The notes under the pieces: model-generated
The model's database searches: none
Told to the model about the DNA's origin: nothing
What the model saw: the letters and a program-made list of their open reading frames with translations, nothing else
NCBI RefSeq assembly: GCF_001194135.2
Contig: NC_068981.1
Location: 50,728,520-50,792,519 of the forward strand
DNA from: Octopus bimaculoides
Taxonomy: Eukaryota
DNA: 64,000 nucleotides
Direction: 5' to 3'
Translations under genes and position numbers: made by a program
Part shown: positions 1-12,849 of the stretch, piece after piece
Layout of the letters: each line of letters starts with the position of its first letter
Position numbering within the stretch: the stretch's first letter is position 1

Positions 1-719
1 TATATATATACATATATATATATCAATAACATGATAACACAGAGGAAAGTAGTAAGAGAATAAGGAGATGGAAAGAGAGAAGAAAAAAGATGCATAAAAG
101 TTCATAGCTCAAACTTCCGAAGTTATAGAAACCAAAGCATGAGTTCTTAGGTGCAATCCTATATATACCCATGTGGGTTAAAGTCCTTATATAGTTGACA
201 TTCCAAGAAAAAGACGCGAACATATCAACGTTCGATATCAATAGTAGCAGAGGTGGCTGTTAATTGGTAAAGGTAGAGAAAAGAAAGGGGTGGATAGAGT
301 GATGTGGGAGGAACTTAGGGATTGGCTATATGATAAAGCAATGTGTATATGTGTATGGTGTCTAAGAATTGTGTATGGCGTATCCAAAAAAAGATGAAAA
401 GAGGATGAGGAGGTGGACGAAGATTCGGTAAAAACATATATAATTTTTAAAAAATAGAGCGTAATGAAAGGAATTTAAAGAGAGTAATAGATGTCCGGTA
501 GTTTCAAAGTCTAAAGTTTTTGGGTAGGAAATATGGTAGTAATTGCTTGTGTCCGTTCTGGATAAGGTGAGTGGCTGTAGAGTTATTTTTAGCAATGGGG
601 CTGTGTGTGCGTAGGTGATCGAGAAAGGACGAGCTAGTTGAATATTAAATTATATATGAGTGGGAGTTGGAGTTAGGGGTTTATATTAGGAGATTTCCTT
701 ATATTTACTATTCTCCTTA

Positions 720-1030
720 TATTCTGCACATTTAACCTCGTTTAAACATAAGGGGAATAGTAATTCCACATTACTAGCTAGCCACATACACAATCTAATG
801 AATAGAAAAATACTTTTAAAACCTTTCTGGACTATAATAGACACCGGTACCCCTTATCAGGGCCATCACTCTAGTTGTAGACTTTGCTTAAAAGAAGCTC
901 TCAAAATTCTAACCCACAACTCACCACAATTGCTTAACAAAATATAACCGGGCCTTCACTACGTGTAAACACAAATTCTTCTAATAGCACCCACATACAT
1001 ACCCCTACGATCATTAACGCATACCCCTTA
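720..1030 (+). mobile_element. Penelope-like element, GIY-YIG C-terminal remnant
   Basis: Plus-strand translation HIHNLMNRKILLKPFWTIIDTGTPYQGHHSSCRLCLKEALKILTHNSPQLLNK resembles the PLE C-terminal pattern (H..LK...W.I.....PY......C.LCL.EK..I......LLNK). Confidence 0.6.
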
Positions 1031-1034
1031 AACG

Positions 1035-2168
1035 ACGATGAACAGGTGTCGTCGCCGTTTGTGAGGCGCGCTTTCCCGCAGCTCGTCTCCATGACCGAAC
1101 TGCAGTCGTGGATGAAAAACAGGCCGAGGAAGGGCAAAAGGCACTGCGTGTGTCGCGTTGCTCTCCAGAAACTATGCCGTCTTGGGTCAATCTTCAGTGA
1201 CTGCAACACAACCAAAGCATACTATTGGGGATTAATAGAGGGGAGATACGACGAAAATCTCGAGGCGAACCTGGGCGTCAATGAGGAATACCTGACCCAC
1301 CTGTTCAAGACGACTTTCGGGCCGGGACCTATGGACAACTTACAGAGATCCATGGCCTGGCAGTGCCATCGACAAGCGCTACCCGTTCGGGATAAGCTCA
1401 ACAGGAATGGTTCGAGAAACACGGGGCCAACCTGCCCGCGATGCAGTCAGAGCGACGAAACCGTTTTGCAAGCATACGTACAGTCCCCAACCATTTCCGA
1501 CCTGTAGGACTATGTCGAACGACTCCTATCGCGTGTGGGATGACTCAGTTTATCAACCGAGTCTATCCTGAATATTGTCGCACCTCCTTCCTTGAAACGG
1601 GAAGGAAGAGCCATTTTCATCGTACCTGTGGCTATGGTGAAAGAATGTGTATGTCGAGCGCGTCTGAAAGGTCTAGAGACAAACACTTTCCTCTCTGTTG
1701 AATCTAAGTATCACTTGAAGAGGAATGTGAGAGTAAAGACGGAAGTTTTGTCTCGTGAATGTTTCGAAAAATATGGGTAAATGTAGAAGGGTTAGGGTTA
1801 GGGTTATGCTAAAGGTGGCTCCGTTATTCACACGCGTGAATAACGGAGCCACCTTTAGCATAATCCTATGAAGTAGAAAAGGAAAGGAAAAAAAAAGTCA
1901 CTTACTGTAACGTGTTTTTTGCATGACATTATTGCCCGAGGTTACCGTGGTCTTTTCCGTAGGCTTTTCTTTCCACCTAATCTGTTTCCCATTTTACACT
2001 ATGACATTTCTGTGATACACGATCCCTATAGATCGGCTTCACCACAATTTTTTTCACGCCCTTTTTAATGGAAATTCTACCCCCACTTTTTTGTCTCCTT
2101 ACCAAAAAGAATATCTCTACTTTGTATTTTGTTCCCTCTGTGTTCAGCCCTATGTGGCCAATAAATAC
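1035..2168 (+). mobile_element. 5'-truncated L1/Tx1-clade LINE (zf-RVT C-terminus plus 3' UTR)
   Basis: ORF 1046-1507 contains SMAWQCHRQALPVRDKLNRNG...TCPRCSQSDETVLQA, a zf-RVT-like CxxC...ET..H motif. A frameshifted continuation runs to ~1780, then a 3' UTR with AATAAA at 2160-2165 and a microsatellite tail. Confidence 0.8.
1789..1872. repeat. (GGGTTA)3 followed by a perfect 28-bp palindrome, inserted in the LINE
   Basis: ttatgctaaaggtggctccgttattcac (1804-1831), loop acgc, exact reverse complement (1836-1863). Flanked by gtagaa at 1783-1788 and 1873-1878. Confidence 0.9.
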
Positions 2169-2176
2169 ATACATAC

Positions 2177-2259
<83 letters not shown>

Positions 2260-2260
2260 T
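2166..2260. repeat. Compound microsatellite (ACAT)/(AC)n/(AT)n
   Basis: Directly visible tandem units. Confidence 0.95.
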
Positions 2261-2794
2261 ATATATATACATATATATTTATCTATCTATATATTCAACT
2301 ATTGATCGATCTATCGTTCGATCGATCTATGTTTATCTTTCTACCGTTTTTAGTACTTATTTTGTTGAATCCTGGCACTTAACTATCACTCTCATTTATT
2401 TGACTGCTATGTTACGGATACCAAAATATATCAATACCGGACAGGTTTGTAACGGGTAGTGAGGAATAAATAATTACACTAACACACGCGCACACACATA
2501 CACATATACATATACATTCACAAACACACTTATTCATACACACATATATTCTCATTTATTTGCATATATTTCACTAGTTCTCCCAATGCATCTTTTCCTA
2601 ATGCAAGATGGTGATTTGAAACCAAATTTAGTGTCATATCTCACAAAGCATGTGTTTGCTCGAATTAAATTTTGGCATTGCCATGGACATCCAAACTGTA
2701 GGTAGTACATAAAATCTAAATTTACTAATGTTTTGGTGTTAAGCGGTGTATCTTCAACACATGTATTATGTTTGTTCTATTATTTGTGTAAATC

Positions 2795-2955
2795 TAAGTT
2801 CAAATTCCGCCAGAGATCACTTTCCCTTTCATCCTTTCGGGTTGATAAAAGAAGTACCAGTCAAACACTATGGTCGATGTAATTCATTTACTCCCTATCC
2901 CCATAATACTGCCCTTAGGAAAAAAATTGAAATTATTATTACTAGTCATATTTTT
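2795..2955 (+). mobile_element. Octopus-type tRNA-derived SINE (OR2/CORE-like), 5'-truncated
   Basis: ttcaaattccgcc...ctttcatcctttcgggttgataaaa...gtaccag...gtcgatgtaat is shared with copies at 23363, 33340, 42950 and 54750. Confidence 0.75.
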
Positions 2956-3149
2956 CTTTCTTTAATTCATGATTCTATTTCATTCTACTTCGTGTTGAAG
3001 GTTTTCTTTGTAACTCAGGTTTTGCTGGACCTTCTGGAATTTTGCATGTGTAACGAGCTTACTACCTGCAGCCTAGATTACCGTGCTGTGTTCTTCTCAG
3101 TTACCTATGCCGATTAATTTGGCCGTGCCGTGGACACAAAGCTTTTGTA

Positions 3150-3161
3150 ACATTATTATTA

Positions 3162-3225
<64 letters not shown>

Positions 3226-3300
3226 CATCATTTTTATGATCATCATCATCATCGTCATCATCATTATCTTCATCATTATCATCATCATCATAATTGTTGC
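3150..3300. repeat. (TTA)n/(CAT)n microsatellite
   Basis: Directly visible; explains the poly-Ile and poly-Met ORFs. Confidence 0.95.
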
Positions 3301-3839
3301 AGTCATTATTATTAATATCATGTGCTAATTACCACGTTTATCATAACATACTATTTTTTTGTCGCCTCGGATTTTATAGTCATTAATATGCATTGAATTT
3401 TACTGATAATTTTGTCATGAAATTTACACCAATTCAGAGATTTAGTTTCATTCGTTACACTGCGCCAAATACTGTAGCACTTCGTCATTGATTCATTATT
3501 TTTTCTTGAGAAATTATTATAATTTAAAGAAAAATGCATGAAATCCAGTAAGTGCTTCCTGTCATTTTCAACGGAAGAAAATTAGTGGATAGGAAGCAAT
3601 GAGGACAAACAATGTCATTGACATCAATACTACTTTATAATCATCACTTTTAATCATATGCGGATAACAGAATTTGCGTCACAATTTTCTGTAATTGTTA
3701 GTAAATAAACAATTACAATTACAAAAAAGAACTAAGAAACAAAAGTCAAGGGCACATCAAGATATCTGTCGTTTGCACGTGCTGAGAGGAACAGAGCTGA
3801 ACAGCGTCAATGATCCGACAGCTGCTGTCAAATATTCAT

Positions 3840-6100
3840 TCATCATATGAAAATTACAACTAAAGCAACTTTTCTTGTACATAGGTAAACAAGAGTTCTT
3901 TCGAACAAATTACTCTTCCTGCAGGGACAGTAGGATTTCAACTACTTCTAATCCTTTAGACATTCAAGATGCTGAATACTGATAGAAAGCATGAATAGAA
4001 TATAGTGAAAAGGCTGACAAAGAGAATAAGTTATATGTATGAGAGATATAATTTAAAGCTAAACAGCATCGCTTTGGCTGTATCAAAACAAATACAGCAA
4101 TCGAAATTGTGCAGCCAGATATTCTGGAGAAGCTATTAATTAACAGTAAAAGGAATTTCAGTGTTCATAAGAGCGCTGTAAAGAGGAGTTTCGGCTAAAA
4201 CGAGCTGAGAAAATAACTTCAGCAAGTAAAATTATAGCAACAGGGCAGTATTTGCAAAATAAGCTACAATGCACTCAATAACGATAACGGCAAGCTACAC
4301 ATCCATTGTAATGAATTAAGCTAGAACTAAAGTGAAAGAAGTAACCTACCCATGTAAAGCTATAATGTTTGAACCACCTTTCATTCACCCCATATCGGAG
4401 ACGTGGTTGCTCTCTTTCGAAAATCAAAGCTAGAGCTGGGTACGAACTTTCTCGTCCAAGAGATACCCGATCATCAAATTTATTAGCAGCGAGTTTTCTT
4501 TACAGGATACTGACCATTTTTAATCCCCGACAGTTTTCATCGGGCTGATGTCAAATATTCTTGAGGCATTTGATGAATTTTGTGGTGGTAGCCAATAGAA
4601 TAAAGATAGCACAAAATCATAGGAAACCTATCTAGCACTTTCGATTGTGTGACTCCATTTCCTTAATACTCAAATGAAATCTTAGACAAACTGAAGTCAC
4701 ATCCACGTCAAGCTCAGTTCTCGTTGCCTTGAGCTATAAGCTAGAGTGTGTGCGTTATCCAAAATTTCAGATATCTGCTTACACGGAATGGTTATTTGTA
4801 AACTGTAAATAAGATATCATGAAACACTCTCCCAAACCATGAAAGCTGACATTATTTTCTTAATGTGAATAAATACATCAGTTTAAAGTATTTGGAGAGA
4901 CACGAGAAAAGTCATCATTGATAACAGGTTATATTGCACTATAGCCCGCTCATGACAAAAACTATACCGGCATTCGTTAGTTTAGGTAAAAAGTAGACAT
5001 AGCTATAGAGAATAAAGAATAGGAGTAGATTAGAAGTGACGCATATATCTGTATAGAACACTCAAGGAGGGAGTATCCTTCAGTATTTCCATCGTAGTGA
5101 ACCACAAGGGATATGTGTTCTATGTGACGAAACACGAATTGACGAAAATTTGCCTCTGGTTTTGGTGAAAAAGAAACAGCGTGTGCAGCAAACTATGTCA
5201 TGGCACCTGTCTGTGTGCTGCGTTCACATACTAATTTCAACTATGCATGCATATTTTCCAAATTTAATTTTTGATAAATATGTCTGAAGAATTGCGATGA
5301 ATTGGCGTGTGTGAAGTGTGATTACCTCATTGAGTGTCTCCTGCCATAATCGAGTGAGGACGTTGATCAATGTGGATACGTCAAGATTTCCATAAAAGCC
5401 AGGAACACTGCGTAGCCACTCTTCACTCTTCTAAACACAAAGTATAATTATATCCGTCATCAAGGATTGCATCAGTAATCGTTTTAATGACACGTCGTTT
5501 CACACTGCAGGCTCAGTCAGAAAATAACGTCGCTTCAATCGGTAGTTTTCCGAAGGTTGGAGACTCTGCGGCAGATCTATTTCAAATTGATGACAAGATA
5601 ATATTGTTTGCATATGTAACTGCAATCTGCCTGGCGACGCATACCTTGGTTATCGAGGTAGATGGCAATACCCGAAACAATAACTCATATGTAACTGAAC
5701 TCAAACAGACAATGTCCATTTTGGCCTGGAAAATCCTTAACAATGTTTTATCCTAGCATCAGGCCTCTAAAACGGTTTTGTAAGCAAGCATGAATACAAC
5801 GTATCTTGTGTCAAATAATTTGTCAGTCACAATACTACCGCTAACATGTTCACTATGATAAATATCTTAAATGCCACTTCAAATATCAGCTATGTTGAGA
5901 GGCAACCAACTAATCTTTTACTGTTTATTTTCTGAAACCTGTCGATTGCATACTACAATCTCGAAACAGAATGGTCGGAGTTGGAAACCTAACATTATGT
6001 CTGATGCGAATCGAAACATGGTTTTAGCAGGGAAGAGATTATGGGCACAATCCCAGTAATAGTTATCTTACAGGAACCAGTGACCTGGTAAAGGAGTCAA
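3840..6100 (-). mobile_element. Highly decayed CR1/L2/Jockey-group LINE (APE plus RT remnants)
   Basis: Minus-strand fragments in the expected order: IMAGD (APE, ~5340), CFDTAKA (RT, like FLDLAKAFD, ~4080) and VP.G.VI (like GVPQGSVL, ~3920). Many stops and frameshifts. Confidence 0.45.
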
Positions 6101-6420
6101 AATCAGGTTCTCTGACTCTTCTTGAAGAGGGGGAAATGAGAAATAAAAGGTAGCAGTGTGACTAGTCTCACTGAAATGGGTTGGGAGAAATTGATTGCGG
6201 AGAAAAAGACAAAAGTGTCAATGGCGTATATTATTTGTCTGTGTCTTATTCTCTGAGCATCTCTCTTTATCTAAGACGTTTATGTTTTCTTCTAAACCGG
6301 AACAGGCTCCACTCTTCAGGAAACGTATCGGTTGTCAACTATATCTACCTAGACGTAACTGGTTATCGTTCCGGATGTTGCACAGGCAGGCACTCATGAT
6401 AAGACCTTCATTCTTCAGAC

Positions 6421-8284
6421 CACCGCAATGACATTGTTTTTACACGTATGCTCCCTATTTATTAGTACTATTCCCTAAAGCACGGTTGTTTCATCTGATT
6501 GCAATCCAAAAACCATTTTGGACATTTGACATTTAAAAGCTAAGCAACACAGTCGATCTGTTAATACTCTTGAAACCTACTGTAGATTACACTACGACAA
6601 TGATTTTGCTACAGTACGACAATGATTTTGCTACAGTACGACAATGATTTTGCTACAGAGAAGAGATCATCATTTTTCTGGAAGTGTTTACCATGGATAA
6701 GGAAAATGAGCTCTGTTTTTCATAAAATGACTCCAGTGCTTCGTAAAATGGGTTTGTTTTTACTAGAAAGTGGGCCGTCATTATACGGTATGTTTTTGCA
6801 AGAACATGGGCCGTTTTTCTTCCTAGAATTAAAGCGAGTTTTCTGCAAAATGTGTTGTTATTAATAGTAAATACGTTAAGACTTTTATTAAAGAAAGAAC
6901 ATCTATCTTTTAGTAAAATATTTATGCTTCTTTCTACGTATAGCATCAGGTCTAACTCTCTGAAGAAACCAGCAAATGTCAGCTAGCATGGCGGGACTCC
7001 ACTTCCAGTTATACCGCGTTTCTATTTGACTTATGTCTTGGTGGAATCTCTCACCGTGTTTGTCGCTAACATTTGCTGCAGTTTGAGTAAATAAAGCTAG
7101 ACGGAAATGCAAATAGTGAACTTTTAATGACATATTACACCCTAATGATTTGTACAAATCAATCAACTTTTCTATAAGTACTTCATAGTTGACCGCTCTG
7201 TGCTTCCAGAGTAGACCATTACTTTAGTTACTAAGTTTCTTTCCTTTAATCTAGAAGCCAGTAACTCTCTCTGCATTTCCGTTCATCTAAAAATTCCGAA
7301 CTAGAGCGTTTGAATAATCATGCGCTAAGGTTCTGGTCTGGACTGTTCTGATGCAGGCACATACAACTCATCTTGTTCACAATTCTCTTCTGATTCACTA
7401 GTATCGGATAAAACCATTTTTGCAGGTACCGCAGGTATCGGAACGCTGGCCAAATGAGGTAGGGGCCGAATGGAGGATTTCAGATTCGGATACACTACCG
7501 ACGAACACTCTTTGTTGATACACCTGAAAATAAATTATATTATATATAAGAATAATATAATATATAAGAAACTAAATTGTATTATAGCATTTCCTATATT
7601 TAATGTATCGAATAAAATTAATATATTTAGATAATATATGCTAGGTTTAATGCAAATAGAAACACACCTTTATCATCTACAAGTCAGAAATAGTACTCAT
7701 AATGGTGCTCTTGTGGTTCGCGCCAAATCATTGGAATGCCAGACAGCACACTTCTTGACATTCCCAAAGACTATTTTCAAAGACCATTGGTATATTTTGT
7801 GCCACAAATATGTGGTGCCCAACGTTTATTTTGGTTTCCTATCTTGACACCAAAATATAAGTTATACTTTTTTTTTACCTACGGTGTAATGTTTCTAGAA
7901 TGTCACGGCACAACAGATATAACAAAATTTTCTGGCTGATTTGTAAACTGCCCTCTTGGCATTTTAATGCAAATTTTGTTTATTCTAATTAAGGATCTAA
8001 TTAAATATTTGTAATACTGTTTTGTTTTTTTTTATCAACGCCATAATGTTCCTAGCAATCTTCTGGAATGTCACAGCACCACAGATAGAGCAAAATTTAT
8101 TTGGATGATTTCTACACTGCCCTCTTGTCATTGTAATGCAACTTTTATTCTAATTAAAGATCTGTTTAAATATTTATAGGTATTTTATAGAATTTTCTCT
8201 GAAAATCTGAAAATAAAATTAAAATTATAGGAATACCCTAATATTAAAAAGCCGAATTACCATAAACTGGAATCATTCTGTGTG
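6421..8284 (-). mobile_element. Chapaev3 (CMC superfamily) DNA transposon, internally deleted transposase pseudogene
   Basis: Minus-strand motifs NFCYIC, YFGVKIGNQNKRWAPHIC, PMIWREPQEH, VYPNLKSSIRPLPH, LLASRLKERNL and LGCNMSLKVHYLH...VSDKHGERFHQDI...WSPAMLADICW match Chapaev3 transposases. Ends CAC...GTG with degenerate ~55 bp TIRs; the left end is tentative and no clear TSD is seen. Confidence 0.8.
6593..6658 (+). repeat. 22-bp tandem repeat x3 (tacgacaatgattttgctacag)
   Basis: Three exact units at 6593, 6615 and 6637. Confidence 0.95.
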
Positions 8285-9770
8285 AAACGGTTGCCATTTT
8301 CGTGATCTACGCATAGAAATACCATAGAAAATGTTATTCTCACCTATGTAGTCGAAATAATGTTCATGTTTGTTGTACAGTGTTATTGGAAGCTAATACA
8401 GGCCTAGGAATGTCCTTGAAGTATAGATCGATAAAACTCTCTTCACTGAGACCCATGGGTCTCGTAGAAGACTTTGAGTGATTTGTCATTCAAGGCGTTG
8501 AGCTCGAGAATATCTAAATATGTCAAAGGAGATAGCGATGAAAGAATAATCTGTTTGATTGTGTTGTTGTTATCCTGCAACGTATCAGTTGTAATATGTT
8601 GAGCATTTGGAGCTGGTATTTCGTCTGAAATATTCAGTTAGAAACTTGAAATTCAGGCTTCAGCAAAGAATAGGCTTATGGATACCAGATACTGCGGTTT
8701 CCGAGGATACTTCATAATAATAGTCGTCTTTATCTCAACGCTTGTTGCAATCTCAGCCTGGAGCCTTTCAGTTAATTTCAATATTACTGGACACACCACT
8801 GACACTAAAAGGATCCTGTTATACATTTGTTCAAACAGCCTTTAAATACGATCCATGCGCTCCGTTTATATGGTGATACACAAGTACCATACAGAAGAAT
8901 TTCATAAATTCAAATGGAAAATATTTTGCACCAGTACCCTCAGGCAATGAAAAAGAAATTATTTTGGTTGTGCTTAAAGATTTTGTTCTGTTGAAATTGT
9001 AAATTGATTATTGTTTTTATTTCACGCTTTTTTTTTTGGTTTGATTCTTTCTTCCAAATTCTATGTGTATCTTAACATACTTTGTTGAAGAAAGGTATTA
9101 CAAGTATTACAAGTGGGCCATCTGAAAAGAATTCCCTTCATTTGTCCGAATGTGCAAACACTTTTACGCATTGTGCAAATGAGACAGATGATTGTTTACC
9201 ACAATCTACGACATAGACGCATGGTGAGTGAATGGTAACATTACCTGATCATTTCTAGAGCATGGGGACTTTCTTTCTCTCATAAACGGAATGTTTTCAG
9301 ACTGCTATTGCAGACATAGGTGGAAAACTCATTTATTGAAAGTCTTGCAATCTATGGCATAATGTGTGTCGTCAGGTTGAAATGAGATCACTAACTCAAA
9401 TATTAGATGACACATCTACATATAAACTGGTTCTGTAAACTTTGTGAAGTTCAAGGGCAACCATAAACAGTATTTTGATGAAATTAATTCCAGGTTCGAA
9501 TTCATGATCAAGACAAATATCAACCATAGTTTCTAATATTCAGAGATATTAGTCTTAAGTTGATGGAATTCATTATAAGTATATTAGCCCTCAAGGTACC
9601 CAAAATCCGCAAAGTTGTCCCTGAGTAATGGCCTGTGTATATTGCTAATGACTAGGTATTGAGAACAAAAGTAACCTCTCAAATGACAATGAAAGTGGAA
9701 AAATAACAGCCAGAACAAAATACAGAAATGCAATTTCTAAGACGGTACCGCTACTTTTAAATGACCTAGG

Positions 9771-10684
9771 AACAATTCTTGAGTCGGCAGGAAAATCGCC
9801 TCATTCTAATTTCTCCGAACCAACTGAGAATATAAGAAATTTCCTTCCACAACCACTACTTGATGTATTAGTATGGATACAACAGCGCGAAGCAACATAC
9901 ATTGAAGACCTCTCTCACAGCCTGCCACACTATCTATTTATAAGAATGAAAAACGGTTACAGAGATCTATGAAATTGTTTGAACGCAGCTGCTTAATGGT
10001 AGGGTCGTTGTAATCGACTGACCTCTGCCCTGCAGATTGCTGGCTTTCTCGCAAAATGTGTTTAGATGCGCTATGTAAGGGGGAAAGCTGGTACAGTTGT
10101 TACCATTTTAAGCAAAACACCTAGCAGTATTTCTTCCGAATGTTCTGAGTTCAAATACTTTCAAGGCCATCTTTGATTTCTATCCATTCATGGTCAATAA
10201 TATATAGCAGAAGTCAACTACTGTGAATGATAAACAACCTAAAGGTGCTTCTTTTCTGCTGAAATTTGACACCATTATTATTGATAGTGGTAATATTACC
10301 AGTATACTATGTTTTATTTTTACAAATTCTACTGTACATTCTGAAGTCTATTTTGTATGCGTCCAGTCCTAGTAGTTTTTTTTATTCTGTTTATTTTCAG
10401 TCCAGTATCTTTTCTATGTATTTCTATATTTTGAAATCTATCAAAATATGTTTTGTACAACCAGAGAATATCTATTGGTGTCCAAATTTAACATAGTGGA
10501 TAAATGCACCTGAGTCAACAGAATAATAGAGGAGAGAGAAGGAGAAAAAGAGAGGGAGAGAGAGAGAGAGAGAGACGTATCTTGGAATATTGCTATTCTA
10601 CAGGAGAGGGAGTTCCTTTCTTTTTATAATTGCGTCGATTTTATTTTCATATTTCTTTCCCATTTACTTATAACCTGCTACGTA
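9771..10684 (+). repeat. Left arm of a long inverted duplication
   Basis: Reverse complement of 11943-12844. Both arms give the near-identical ORF TPLLLIVVILPVYYVLFLQILLYILKSILYASSPS (10266 + and 12179 -). Confidence 0.95.
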
Positions 10685-11067
10685 TACTTGTTTCTCTGGG
10701 TATTTTAAAATTATATATCCTTCAGTTTGCATTTTACAGAGTTAATTACTTTCAATTTGTAATATTCCGCAGGCGTTTCTTTGATTTTTAAATTCAGTTA
10801 TATTTTCATATATAGATATTTTCGTTCATTTCTTACTGCTATCAGTCTAAATCTACGCAGAACATTTCAAACTTTCAGGAGACATTGCGTCTTATGATAA
10901 AAGCTTTCAGCTGAAAGTAATTTTTAAAATTAACAATATTTCTTTTTAGAATACAACTGAAAGGCCTTGCATAGATATATGCGTGCACAAACTGATACTC
11001 ACACCTACTCATATGCATAATAATATAAAGATTTATGTTGTCTCTTTTCCTAACTCAATTTCTCTCG

Positions 11068-11117
<50 letters not shown>

Positions 11118-11282
11118 GTGCGTGTTTGTGTGCATATGAATATGTGTGCATGTGCGTGTGTGTCTCGGTGAATATTGTAGGGGGTAGTGTTTGTGTGTTT
11201 TATATGCATGTACACAAAAATATCTACGGACACACATACATACACATACACACGTACGCACACGCACGCACACAAACACCCC

Positions 11283-11319
<37 letters not shown>

Positions 11320-11325
11320 GTATAC
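11068..11325. repeat. (TG)n/(CA)n/(TA)n compound microsatellite
   Basis: Directly visible; lies in the spacer of the inverted duplication. Confidence 0.9.
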
Positions 11326-11942
11326 ATGTATATACCTTGGTGAATGTATTCTTCCTTTTGAGAATTTATGCGGCTTAGTTTATTAATTGACGCAAGGTGT
11401 GTATGTACGTCATTTTCTTACCTTAGCGCATACGTTCGCAAATACATGCTTATGAAAACATTAAAAACGTACAGTTTAGAAGTGGGAGAGTGTATTCAGT
11501 ACATGATGTAAAGTATATTGGCTGCTTAAAACACTTTCTTATCAAAATGTGTGTTTCACGATACACCTAAGTTACAAGCGACTATATTCAAAATCTATTT
11601 TAAATGGTTTATATATGTGCATATAGGGTTAGTTCCCCATCTGACCCCATCGGTTTTACTTGTTAGTTGATAAATACGTTGATATATCTTGGTCGTTGAT
11701 ATTTTGTTTTCATTCCCTTGTGCTATATGGCTCTTGGTGCTGAAGGGCTGAATTCTTCGCGACGTTTCTTTGCTGCCAAATTGCGTTGTATTTGGTTCCT
11801 TTATTGTGCTTATTAGTTCTTATTGGTTAATTCTTCGATGTTTGCCAATTTAATTATTGATGTACTGTTTCATTTCATTGGAAAATTCATCTATATCTCA
11901 ATTTTAGGCGGTAAAGTTTATTAAATTTGGCTTCATTAGGTG

Positions 11943-12844
11943 TACGTAGCAGGTTATAAGTAAATGGGAAAGAAATATGAAAACAAAATCGACGCAATTA
12001 TAAAAAGAAAGGAACTCCCTCTCCTGTAGAATAGCAATATTCCAAAATACGTCTCTCTCTTTATTTTTCTCTTTCTCTCTCCTCTATTGTTCTGTTGACT
12101 CAGGTGCATTTATCCACTATGTTAAATTTGGACACGAATAGATATTCTCTGGTTGTACAAAAAATATTTTGATAGATTTCAAAATATAGAAATACACAGC
12201 AAAGATACTGGACTGAAAATAAACAGAATAAAAAAAAACCTACTAGGACTGGACGCATACAAGATAGACTTCAGAATGTACAGTAGAATTTGTAAAAATA
12301 AAACATAGTACACTGGTAATATTACCACTATCAATAATAATGGTGTCAAATTTCGGCAGAAAAGAAGCACCTTTAGGTTGTTTATCATTCACAGTAGTTG
12401 ACTTCTGCTATATATTATTGACCATGAATGGATGGAAATCAAAGATGGCCTTGAAAGTATTTGAACTCAGAACATTCGGAAGAAATACTGCTAGGTGTTT
12501 TGCTTAAAACGGTAACACCTGTACCAGCTTTCCCCCTTACATAGCGCATCTAAACACATTTTGTGAGAATGCCAGCAATCTGCAGGGCAGAGGTCAGTCG
12601 ATTACAACGACCCTACCATTAAGCAGCTGCGTTCAAACAATTTAATATATCTCTGTAACCATTTTTCATTCTTATAAATAGATAGTGTGGCAGGCTGTGT
12701 GAGAGGTCTTCAATGTATTTTGCTTCGCGCTGATGTATCCATACTAATACATCAAGTAGTGGTTGTGGAAGGAAGTTTCTGATATTCTCAGTTGGTTCGG
12801 AGAAATTAGAATGAGGCGAATTTCCTGCCGACTCAAGAATTGTT
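11943..12844 (-). repeat. Right arm of a long inverted duplication
   Basis: Reverse complement of 9771-10684, about 95% identical by eye. Confidence 0.95.
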
Positions 12845-12849
12845 GTTCG

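Noticed and set aside
362-595. Minus ORF with LDFETTG, like a DEDDh exonuclease motif I; nearby GIYRI (23-241)
   Set aside because: Single short motifs with no downstream catalytic motifs. The surrounding DNA looks like a decayed repeat, with possibly related sequence at 37560-38000.
6593-6658. Short direct repeats as a CRISPR-like array
   Set aside because: The units are contiguous with no spacers, and the context is eukaryotic.
9120-9260. Minus-strand CGKQ...C as a C2H2 zinc finger
   Set aside because: His spacing and TGEKP linker are absent, and the frame is closed by stops.
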